64,000 bases of DNA from an uncultured virus (IMG/VR IMGVR_UViG_3300023049_000387) (Duplodnaviria; Heunggongvirae; Uroviricota; Caudoviricetes): the IMG/VR virus record IMGVR_UViG_3300023049_000387, positions 1 to 64,000 of that record; one strand, given 5' to 3'. The notes below the pieces were generated by a model that worked only from the letters and a program-made list of their open reading frames with translations, ran no database searches and was not told the DNA's origin. Below are positions 25,345-34,516 of the stretch, piece after piece; position 1 is the stretch's first letter, and each line of letters starts with the position of its first letter. A program made the translations under genes and the position numbers.

Positions 25345-27294
25345 TTATTCATTGAATATATCATCACCAGAATCCCTAAATCTAACATCATTTGGTCTGC
25401 TATTAGTATTGGGTGTATTAGCAGAACTAGACTTTTTAATTGGTCTGTTGTCATCACTAATAACTCTTCTAGTTACTATTGCAGTTTCCTTCTCTGGTTC
25501 AGTTACAACATCTTGTTCTACCCCACCATTTTCTATGTCATCATTTAATTCTCCAACATTGTTCATATCATCATATATTTTAAATAACCCAGTATAGACA
25601 ACTGAAGTAGTTGATGAATTAGTACCAGTTATATAAAAAACGTTTATACCACTAGTAAATATTTGTTTTATTTGACTGAATTTACCTTGTGTTATTTTAA
25701 ATACAACTATACCATTTGCTAGGTCTACTTCACCAGATTCTATAAAAGGAGAGAATGATATTGATGTTTTGTCGTTCTTTATGGTAAATAGAATTTCAGA
25801 ATAACCTGTTAAATCTAGGTATTTTGGTTTTTCATTAGTACCAGAAGCTATTGTGAATGATATTACATTATCAAACGGATATAAAAGTATTTGTATTTTA
25901 CCAAATCCATAGAACCTACTTTCGTCCAATACTGAACTTTCTGATTTAGCCATTATATTAAACCTATCTACCAAAACAGGGAATGGTACTTTAACTTGTT
26001 CTACAATAACGCCACCATTGCCACCATTATTACTATTGTTATTATTTGAATTTAATTCATCTAGTGTTATTCTAGGTCTAATAGGTGATTTAGGAGTGTT
26101 GTTTATTGGTATAACACCAAAAGAGTTAGCAACTCCAACTAAATCTGGATTTATTGAAGATTTTATATTATACACCTTTGGCTTGGATGCATTAGCTATA
26201 TTTATTTTAGTCATTCTAAGAGAATACTTAGATACCTCATCTTGTAACATACCATATGATGCCCTTCTTATTATATAAGACTGGTCAACAGAGTCTATAA
26301 GTCTAAGTTCTACATCTATAATAGCAGTTGTAGTTGAGTACTTTATAATAGGTCTATATTCAACAGTCTCATTGAAGTTATTAGTAAGTGTTATAGTAGT
26401 TGTTTTACCCCTTATATTTTGCTCATATATCGTTATATTGTATTGTACATAGTATCTGTTACCCAATGGTATTGCATCATCTATAAACCTTTTAAATTCA
26501 GCTATATTACCATTGTATGTTCCATAAATCTCAAAAAAGTCACCATTAGGCGAGTTTTCTATTTTAAGACCTAGTTTTTCAAATTCTGGTGTCTGTGGAA
26601 TTGTTGTAGTAATTGCACTTTCTAATAAATATGTCTTTATTTGATTTATTCTCTGAGTTTTATTTATAAAATGAAAATCTATAAATACTGGGGAATTTAT
26701 ATTTAGACCAAGACCATTAGTAAGAACAGAGTTAAGACTATTTTCAGTTGGTTCTTGATTTGTTAATTGTGTAGAAACCTCACTTAAAGCTGGTATATCT
26801 AATACAATATTCTTACCCCAAAGTTTCTCTTGGAATAGAAGTGGTGGTGATGAAAAATTAAGTAAATACTGTTGTTCAACATCTGTCATATCAAAATAGA
26901 AATTTGATAAATCATGTTGTGTTTGATTTAACCTATCAAATGCATATATTCTAACATAAAATCCTAAGTATTGTCCAAATGTCCAATTTATAGGTAAATG
27001 TATTTTAACTGTATCATGTCTTAGTGGTGAGGATGCAGTATAGTTTTTTTCTTGTAAAAATGTATAATTACTTTCATCTACCTTACCCCATTTAGATTCT
27101 ATTGGATCTAGTCTAAATAATTGATTTGTTTTTGTATTGCTAGTGGATGATGTACTTGTTGAAAAATATCCAGTTGTCCTATCTTTTGAGTTAACCAATA
27201 TGTTATATGGTTCACTCAGTAGGTTAGCATCATTATAAATATATTCTAATAATATATCTTTATTTAATTTTACAAATTTAGAGATTTTAGCCAT
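25345..27294 (-). CDS. putative virion structural protein
   Basis: 649 aa, beta-rich composition, TAATATATA upstream. Confidence 0.6.
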   Translation of the reverse strand: MAKISKFVKLNKDILLEYIYNDANLLSEPYNILVNSKDRTTGYFSTSTSSTSNTKTNQLFRLDPIESKWGKVDESNYTFLQEKNYTASSPLRHDTVKIHLPINWTFGQYLGFYVRIYAFDRLNQTQHDLSNFYFDMTDVEQQYLLNFSSPPLLFQEKLWGKNIVLDIPALSEVSTQLTNQEPTENSLNSVLTNGLGLNINSPVFIDFHFINKTQRINQIKTYLLESAITTTIPQTPEFEKLGLKIENSPNGDFFEIYGTYNGNIAEFKRFIDDAIPLGNRYYVQYNITIYEQNIRGKTTTITLTNNFNETVEYRPIIKYSTTTAIIDVELRLIDSVDQSYIIRRASYGMLQDEVSKYSLRMTKINIANASKPKVYNIKSSINPDLVGVANSFGVIPINNTPKSPIRPRITLDELNSNNNNSNNGGNGGVIVEQVKVPFPVLVDRFNIMAKSESSVLDESRFYGFGKIQILLYPFDNVISFTIASGTNEKPKYLDLTGYSEILFTIKNDKTSISFSPFIESGEVDLANGIVVFKITQGKFSQIKQIFTSGINVFYITGTNSSTTSVVYTGLFKIYDDMNNVGELNDDIENGGVEQDVVTEPEKETAIVTRRVISDDNRPIKKSSSANTPNTNSRPNDVRFRDSGDDIFNE

Positions 27295-27411
27295 TAATGT
27301 AATTGTTTTACATATATATTAAATGGTAGTTGCTCTAATTAAGTTGTTTTAAAGTGTTCATTATTTTAAAGTGTTCAGTGTCACTGAACAGGATAAAATA
27401 ATGAACACTTA

Positions 27412-29661
27412 TTAAATAATCTTTTTAATTATCCCTAGCCTATAGTCGTAAGAGAAATTAATAGCTATATAGGGTGATTTATCTAACCTAGCTTTTCTTC
27501 TAAGATCGTCTATTTTAATATTTTTATAATGTTTATTACTATTTATACCATAATTATATTTATACCCAGAAGTAGGTGATGATATATTTTTTATTATTTT
27601 TATCATCTTACCTACCGAAATGGCGGTACCACCTTCATTAAAATCTTTATCAAAACTATCGTACATGCTCTTGGTGAATGGACCAACCCATTTGCCTTTA
27701 ACGTCCTGTACTATAAAAAATACTTCTGAACCGTTGCTTCTAAGTGGGTTAGAATTTGCCGACATATAACTTGGTGGTGTTGTGTTATAATGCTTGACTG
27801 GGTATATATTGTTACTCGAACTTTCATTACTTTGATGAAGACTGTCATCTATGTAATCTACTATTTCAGTATTATTTGTAATATTAAAATCATTATAATG
27901 TACATATATCTCGTCAAGTGTTAAGGAACTACCACTCAATAATTTTAAATGATCAACCCAAAGTTTTCTTAAACTCTCATTATATTTTATATCAACGACA
28001 TAGCCATTTGATGTGGTGGGACAAGTGTCTATAATATTTATAGTAGCAGTTTTATTCCGACCCCATCTGTTACATCTTCCTATCCGTTGTAATGTGGATT
28101 CTGGGGATAATGGTATCTCATATAGATTATTAAAAGATATATCAAGAGCCGCTTGTAAAATAAGTGTTGATATGTAAGGCTTTCTGTTAGTTGTTTTAGA
28201 ATCCTTACCATAATCCTTTAATAATTTATCAAACATCTTTAATTTATCACCTTCTATGAAATTAGAGTGTATTAATATAGCATCTGTTAACTCCTTTGCA
28301 ATTTCTTGAGATTCTTTTATTGAGTTAACAAATAATATCTCATCGTTTGATATTGTACTAGGTATCTTATTTATAATATTAACTTTATATTCTTTCTTAT
28401 GTATAGAAGGTAAGTGGTTTTTTCCATTAGGTATAATCTTAGTTTTGTTTGAATTAGTAGTCCACAAATGGCTTATATCGATGGGTGTAGCACTTAATAA
28501 CAAAGTTCTAGAATCTGTCTTTATGTTTCTAACTCTCATAAGGTTTATAAAGAGGCTAAATATAGGTAAATCAGTTACATTTTCATGATACTCATCAAAT
28601 ATAACATCACTATGTATTATAAAATACATAAGAGACATGTCTTTACCAGCATTACTATATGGTCTTAGATAATAATCAATGTTTGTAATAATGATATCTG
28701 CTTCTTTTCCTTCTCCATTAAAGCTTGACTTTTGAACCTTCCCAGCATACCTTAGTTCTATATTTACTTTCTTTTCAGAGTCTTCTAATTCTTTTACAAT
28801 AGAATAGTATGTTGATATTGCTATATTATTTCTAGGACATACCCACAATAACTTTTTATCTGACTTCTCACTCCACATAAGACCTAACATAGTTTTACCA
28901 AATCCTGTAGGTGCTTTAATTATTGTAGTTTTATCCTCATCCTTAATATCATTTATAATCTTTTTTTGCTCTTTGAATCTTTTGTCGTCAGGGAAGTGAC
29001 AAACTTCAAATAAGAACTTGTTTGCTTTTTTAAGATTTATATCATCAGCACCAGATATAGTTCTATCAGAATAAACTAATATCATTCTAATTAATGTTAT
29101 ATCTCGGTTGAGGTTGTCTGTTTTTTCTTTCCTATCTTTGTTAAATAAAAAGTAATCAGGTCTAGTATTGTTATTTTTTTTAGGATTATTAATGATATAC
29201 TTACTGTCAATTAGTTTACCAAGCTCTTTCTTCATGGTATCTATATCACTAGATGGTATACTACCTAAAACATCTTTGGCACAAATCCCCTCATTGTCCA
29301 AGATACCATGATGCCAATATATTAGATTGGGTATTATGTTTTTACCAACACAATTCTTTATTTCGTTGTCTTTGAAATAATTTACATAATCGAAATAAGT
29401 ATCTACAAAAGCCCATGAAACTTGTTGATGTAAGTACTTGTTTTTATGTTTCTTATCTACTTTCTCTCCATTTATATGTTTTTGGAAAGAGTCTGTTGAC
29501 TTCCCAATATCGTGTAATAGAGAAGCTACCTTTATGTTTACCATTAAGTGTTCTTTCACATTTGGTAATTTTTTTAATTCTTTCACAGCCTTATCACTGA
29601 CTTCCTTTGAATGTTCCTCTAATGATATATTATTACCATTATTCGACTTTGCTACTATCAT
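27412..29661 (-). CDS. cas3: CRISPR-associated helicase-nuclease Cas3 (HD + SF2 helicase)
   Basis: LEEHS, LHDIGK..FQ, HQQ, WHHG, SDR; APTGFGKT, DEYH, SAT, QRIGRCNR. Confidence 0.92.
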   Translation of the reverse strand: MIVAKSNNGNNISLEEHSKEVSDKAVKELKKLPNVKEHLMVNIKVASLLHDIGKSTDSFQKHINGEKVDKKHKNKYLHQQVSWAFVDTYFDYVNYFKDNEIKNCVGKNIIPNLIYWHHGILDNEGICAKDVLGSIPSSDIDTMKKELGKLIDSKYIINNPKKNNNTRPDYFLFNKDRKEKTDNLNRDITLIRMILVYSDRTISGADDINLKKANKFLFEVCHFPDDKRFKEQKKIINDIKDEDKTTIIKAPTGFGKTMLGLMWSEKSDKKLLWVCPRNNIAISTYYSIVKELEDSEKKVNIELRYAGKVQKSSFNGEGKEADIIITNIDYYLRPYSNAGKDMSLMYFIIHSDVIFDEYHENVTDLPIFSLFINLMRVRNIKTDSRTLLLSATPIDISHLWTTNSNKTKIIPNGKNHLPSIHKKEYKVNIINKIPSTISNDEILFVNSIKESQEIAKELTDAILIHSNFIEGDKLKMFDKLLKDYGKDSKTTNRKPYISTLILQAALDISFNNLYEIPLSPESTLQRIGRCNRWGRNKTATINIIDTCPTTSNGYVVDIKYNESLRKLWVDHLKLLSGSSLTLDEIYVHYNDFNITNNTEIVDYIDDSLHQSNESSSNNIYPVKHYNTTPPSYMSANSNPLRSNGSEVFFIVQDVKGKWVGPFTKSMYDSFDKDFNEGGTAISVGKMIKIIKNISSPTSGYKYNYGINSNKHYKNIKIDDLRRKARLDKSPYIAINFSYDYRLGIIKKII

Positions 29662-29714
29662 ATTAATATTTTAGACTGCGAATATACTAATAAAAAAAAC
29701 AATTGCTATATATA

Positions 29715-31254
29715 TTTATGATTACCTTATGTATTAATATGATTACTACTAATAATTAGCTTCGATTGTTGCGAAGGTCGGTTTTGATTACCTTATGTAT
29801 TAATATGGTTACTATCTCCAAAAAGGGGTGTTAAGTCTACTTCGTAGTTGTGATTACCTTACGTATTAATATGATTACTATCTACATAACTTTTACTCCT
29901 GGGAGAAGAGTAGTTGTGATTACCTTGCGTATTAATATGATTACTATCATCACGTTTACAATGATTAAAGGGGTGATGGTTGTGATTACCTTGCGTATTA
30001 ATACGATTAGTACAAACCGCTAGCATTCATGTTGTGATTACCTTGTGTATTAATATGATTATTATCTCCTTTAACTGAAAATTAGACCATTTCATGTTGT
30101 GATTACCTTGCGTATTAATATGATTAATATTTCATATTCAGACAGTTTAAACGTGTATTTAGTTGTGATTACCTTATGTATTAATATGATTACTATCTAA
30201 AGTAGGAGGCAGAACATCATCTATATTGTTGTGATTACCTTACGTGTTAATATGATTACTATCATGCTACCATGCTTTATAAAATAATTACCAGTTGAGA
30301 TTACCTTACGTATTAATATGATTACTATCTTAAAATCAAAACAGCCAATATAGACGAGTGTTGTGATTACCCTATGTATTAATATGATTACTATTTTTTG
30401 TATAATCCTAGCCATAATGGCGTTGTTGTGATTACCTTATGTATTAATATGATTATTATCACTTTTCAAAAAGAGTCCTATTAAGTATTTGTTGTGATTA
30501 CCTTGCGTATTAATATGATTACTATCAAAAATAACACTAAGATATTCAGGTTCTATGTTATGATTACCTTACGTATTAATATGATCACTATCTAAGCCTT
30601 TTGGTAGATATTTGTGTTAAGGTTGTGATTACCCTATGTATTAATATGATTTCTATATAGTGCTATTAAAGCATATGTCAATAAAGTGTTGTAATTACTA
30701 CATTTAATTATTTAGTGGTTTGTTTTAAAATGTCAAAGAACTATTTTTATCTATGTAGATAATTACCTTACGTATTAATATGATTACTATCAAAGAATGA
30801 TGAAGCTACTTATTAAGCTACCGTTGTGATTACCTTACGTATTAATATGATTACTATCTAGGAGGTCTTTTGCTACAAATTTTTATGGGTTGTGATTACC
30901 TTGCGTATTAATATGATTACTATCATAATCGAGTTGTTGGAACTTTGATTTGTGGTTGTGATTACCTTGTGTATTAATATGATTACTATCTTGCAAGATT
31001 TTCTAGCTTGCGTTGTAAGTGTTGTGATTACCTTGCGTATTAATATGATTACTATCATGCTGTAATTAAGATGATGGTAGGTCCATGTTGTGATTACCTT
31101 GCGTATTAATATGATTACTATCTATCACGTACCAATTCATTTTTACCCTTATGTTGTGATTACCTTGCGTATTAATATGATTACTATCAGAAAATTTATC
31201 CAAAGGAATACTTATCCCGTTGTGATTACCTTGCGTATTAATATGATTACTATC
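29715..31254 (-). CRISPR. CRISPR array: 23 repeat units (36 nt, one split) and 22 spacers (mostly 30 nt)
   Basis: + strand consensus GTTGTGATTACCTTGCGTATTAATATGATTACTATC, ~66-nt period; repeats perfect at the cas6 end and degenerate toward cas3; strand inferred from cas operon and degeneration gradient. Confidence 0.97.
30730..30743 (-). promoter_or_regulatory. boxA-like antitermination element inside the array
   Basis: minus strand TAGTTCTTTGACAT resembles boxA (GYTCTTTAACA-type). Confidence 0.55.
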
Positions 31255-31305
31255 CTAACTTATATATCTAGCTGAAAGCTAGATATATAAGTGTCATTTA
31301 GGATA
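31251..31305. repeat. CRISPR leader hairpin
   Basis: perfect 16-bp inverted repeat ACTTATATATCTAGCT/AGCTAGATATATAAGT (31258-31292) plus outer TATCCTAA/TTAGGATA. Confidence 0.8.
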
Positions 31306-31314
31306 TAAAAACTA

Positions 31315-32019
31315 CTAAAATAGCTCTTCTTTTGGATGGTATTTGCTAATATTATCAGTTCTAATTAGAGTCCCAAACCCCGAACCAGTGCTATTACCCA
31401 ATCCATAATTATATATATGTTCAATAAGACTTCTATCACCATATATAGTGAGTGGACAATAGCTAGATTTGTTTCTGATGTTATTTACATAAACATTTAT
31501 AGTTCTGTTTGATTTGTTATTATGACCAATTTCAATTTTGAAGTCTTTGAAACTTAATCCTTTATTTATCTTAGAAAACTTGGATCTAGTTTGTTCTTCT
31601 AAAGCTTTTTCAAATCCACTATCTTTTAATGTTAAAAATCCTAATTTTGTCTTTAGAAGAATACCATTCCTAAGTGTTTTAAAATGATTATATCCACTAT
31701 AAAAATTTCCAGATATGTAATCAATACCATTTACTTTCATACCCTTTCCTAGATTACCATCTAAATGTAATCCATTTATGACTTTACCGATAAAATCTTC
31801 TTTCAACGAACTCACAACAATAAAGCCACCATTTGGAAAATTTACATCTCGTCCACCATTTATAAACACACCACCTTCTAGGTTTGATATTGTATAATCT
31901 GATACAGAGTTATGATATTTGTTGTTCTTGCCTAGACATTTATGTATAAATCCATTTACTATTTTCTGATTATTAATTAATGGTTCAGTGTTTGGAGTAA
32001 AACTAATTTTAATTCTCAT
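31315..32019 (-). CDS. cas6: CRISPR endoribonuclease Cas6
   Basis: C-terminal G-loop YNYGLGNSTGSGFG; N-terminal YH..S.YTIS. Confidence 0.9.
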   Translation of the reverse strand: MRIKISFTPNTEPLINNQKIVNGFIHKCLGKNNKYHNSVSDYTISNLEGGVFINGGRDVNFPNGGFIVVSSLKEDFIGKVINGLHLDGNLGKGMKVNGIDYISGNFYSGYNHFKTLRNGILLKTKLGFLTLKDSGFEKALEEQTRSKFSKINKGLSFKDFKIEIGHNNKSNRTINVYVNNIRNKSSYCPLTIYGDRSLIEHIYNYGLGNSTGSGFGTLIRTDNISKYHPKEELF

Positions 32020-32029
32020 GTTTTATGTT

Positions 32030-32899
32030 TTAATGGTTAATAATTTGATTTGATATATCAGATACTTTTTTGTATTTATCAAACTCTCTGCTACTTATAT
32101 CTTCTTCATCAATGATGCCATCAATAAATACAATACCACCATCTAATATAGTTGAAAATGGCTTCATCACACTCTCCCTTTCTCGTAAAAAGTCATTTAC
32201 TGGTATTAATATTTCACCATTGTATATTTCAAACTTCTCAATACCACTATTTACCAATATAGGACTTCCGTCTTGTATTGATGAAGTTACAGTATTTTTA
32301 CCAGTCTGGATAGTTCTAACCAATGCTGTTTTACCAAGTCTAGAAATAGCTACAAAAACAGCTTTGACTTTTGTGTCATCTTTTATATTTCTTATCTCTG
32401 ACTCTATGTCTTTGTAGTTATATTCTAGAATGTTCTTTTTAAGTATTTTTGAAAACTCCTTTACAAAATACCCCCAGGCTAGACCTTTATTATAAGTCAT
32501 ATATTTTCTAACTAGTTCCCAATTCAATTTAATTGATGGATTAAATGAATTGTAGAAAGCTTTCTTAGTTGATATAGTCTCTAGATACTTATTGACCTTA
32601 TTGTTTTTAAAAACAGGTTTAAACACAGTTTCTACACGAATAAGTGAATTTGACACCAAGTCATCAATTTCACTTATTCTCTTATAAAAGACTTTTCTAT
32701 GAAGAGGAACAGGTCTCTCACCTAGAAGTACATGAATTGAATTAGACAATTGATGATGTGTTATTGGCTCTACATAAGAAAATAAGTTATTTCTATTAAC
32801 TCTATGAACTTTAGGCCCAGAATATATAGACTTGTCTTTAGTGCCTTTATTATACCTAAATAATTTGGCATCTTTGAATATTAGTTTAAGATATTCCAT
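32030..32899 (-). CDS. cas5: Cas5 (Cas5fv/I-F2-like)
   Basis: position between cas7 and cas6; ITHHQLSNSIHVLLGE and C-terminal GEILIPV..STILDGGIVFI resemble Cas5fv as recalled. Confidence 0.65.
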   Translation of the reverse strand: MEYLKLIFKDAKLFRYNKGTKDKSIYSGPKVHRVNRNNLFSYVEPITHHQLSNSIHVLLGERPVPLHRKVFYKRISEIDDLVSNSLIRVETVFKPVFKNNKVNKYLETISTKKAFYNSFNPSIKLNWELVRKYMTYNKGLAWGYFVKEFSKILKKNILEYNYKDIESEIRNIKDDTKVKAVFVAISRLGKTALVRTIQTGKNTVTSSIQDGSPILVNSGIEKFEIYNGEILIPVNDFLRERESVMKPFSTILDGGIVFIDGIIDEEDISSREFDKYKKVSDISNQIINH

Positions 32900-32908
32900 A
32901 AATTATTT

Positions 32909-33994
32909 TTATTTCTTTTTAGACTTTAATGCTTTCTCTTCAGCCGCCTCTTTGATTATAGCCTTTTCTTTTTCGATACCTTTATTAATTCTTTCTTCTG
33001 TTTTTTCAACTATATGACCACTAACTTCCTCATAAAAATCAAAGGGTTTAAACGAGATATTTTTAATATCTTTCATATTTTTTATATCATCCCAACCTTC
33101 TGGATTTCTCATAGTATCTACATAAGGATCTCTTACTAGCTTTATTCTAACGCTAATTACATCAGCACTAGCATTACTTCTTTTTATTTGTGTTTTTAAC
33201 AAACGGTATATATATTCTTTTACCAAATATACAACATTATCATCATTCAGCTTAATACCATATTCTGCAAGATCTAGACATGATGTTGATAATTTGTAAT
33301 ATGCCAACTTTGTATCAGTGCTATTAAGATTCATATTCAAAGACTTTATCAATATCTCAGCATTATCTGGATTAAATCCATATCTATCGAAAGCTGCATC
33401 ACAAGATAAAAATTGTAATTGTCCAATGTCTATAAAGGAAGTACCACTATATTTTATATCTCCTAAAGACTCATATTGAAACAAGCTTGTACTACCCTTT
33501 CCAGAGATTGGAGACTTTTTACTACCTGCTTTAACTGCTTGTGGTAAAGTAGGTAGTGCAGTACATGTCTGTTGGATATTGCCTGTGGTTATTGGACCTT
33601 TTCTTTTTAAACTTTCACCCTTTGTTGCTTTCAAATAACCCTTTAGGATTGCATGTGTAGATCCTAGGTAGTTATAAAGAGTATTCTTATCATATAAAGC
33701 TCTTGGGTTATCTTCTACGTAATCTTCTTTAAACAGTGCCTTGTTAAAACATTCTGCTGATATCTTAACCTTAAAATCTAACTGACCTTTCTCGTTATAG
33801 AAGAAATTCTTTTTAGAATAGTTACAATTATCGTTAATCTGTGCCAATGCTTTTACTTTTGGCATTCTATCATCATCTTTTTTATTAGCATCTTTGAAGA
33901 ACATGAACTTCTGATCTGTTGAATCAAAGTTTACAATACCACTTCCTTCTAATTTAAAGTCTACTAGAATACCACTTACTGGTGAATTACTCAT
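32909..33994 (-). CDS. cas7: Cas7 (Cas7fv/I-F2-like)
   Basis: VDFKLEGSGIVN, ISAEC...LF, STSLFQYESLGDIKY..IGQLQFLSCDAAFDR, EYGIKLNDD match blocks of Shewanella Cas7fv as recalled. Confidence 0.8.
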   Translation of the reverse strand: MSNSPVSGILVDFKLEGSGIVNFDSTDQKFMFFKDANKKDDDRMPKVKALAQINDNCNYSKKNFFYNEKGQLDFKVKISAECFNKALFKEDYVEDNPRALYDKNTLYNYLGSTHAILKGYLKATKGESLKRKGPITTGNIQQTCTALPTLPQAVKAGSKKSPISGKGSTSLFQYESLGDIKYSGTSFIDIGQLQFLSCDAAFDRYGFNPDNAEILIKSLNMNLNSTDTKLAYYKLSTSCLDLAEYGIKLNDDNVVYLVKEYIYRLLKTQIKRSNASADVISVRIKLVRDPYVDTMRNPEGWDDIKNMKDIKNISFKPFDFYEEVSGHIVEKTEERINKGIEKEKAIIKEAAEEKALKSKKK

Positions 33995-34024
33995 AATTTA
34001 TGTTTTAAGTTTATATTATTTTGA

Positions 34025-34032
34025 CAAATATA
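34025..34032 (-). promoter_or_regulatory. Bacteroidota-type -7 promoter element (TATATTTG) for the cas operon
   Basis: TAnnTTTG 31 nt upstream of cas7 start. Confidence 0.6.
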
Positions 34033-34113
34033 CAAAACATATTCTATTAAAATGTAGTTTTTTACTTTTATTATGAGATAATACAGTAATCGATTATTTT
34101 ACATAGTCAGAAT

Positions 34114-34509
34114 TTATAAATTTTCTTGTCTAAGCCTATCCCCAACCTCTTTAATTATCTGATCATCAGATAATTCTGGGTTTTTTTCTTTTAATGTTCT
34201 AAATAACTCATTTTCTTCCTTTTGTAGTTTCTCAATCTCTTTATTCATGGGTGCCATAAGTGTTTCTAGCTTATTTCCCTCTACCTCTACCTCTTTAATA
34301 ACCTCCATTAGCTTAGATATTGACTTCTCTGGATCAGTTACCTTCTTACTCTTGATGTCTTTTTGTAGCTTATCTAGACTCTCTATATTCTTATCTAGAA
34401 TAGATACTATTTCTTTTGATCTTTTGTGATATAGTTCTATATTAGATGAAACCTTTAAATACTCTTGTCTTATAGTTACTGCTGATTGTAATAAATTTTC
34501 TTGAATCAT
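34114..34509 (-). CDS. coiled-coil hypothetical protein
   Basis: ORF track. Confidence 0.65.
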   Translation of the reverse strand: MIQENLLQSAVTIRQEYLKVSSNIELYHKRSKEIVSILDKNIESLDKLQKDIKSKKVTDPEKSISKLMEVIKEVEVEGNKLETLMAPMNKEIEKLQKEENELFRTLKEKNPELSDDQIIKEVGDRLRQENL

Positions 34510-34516
34510 ATTATAT

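Noticed and set aside
29751..31218. Self-targeting spacers
   Set aside because: No match noticed within the window by eye; not exhaustive, needs an alignment search.
30221..31275. ORFs 30221-30415, 30873-31058, 31090-31275
   Set aside because: Translations of CRISPR repeats (66-nt period keeps frame).
34081..34100. Possible anti-repeat/tracrRNA upstream of cas7 (AGTAATC)
   Set aside because: Only ~7 nt of complementarity in AT-rich DNA; no Cas9 in window.
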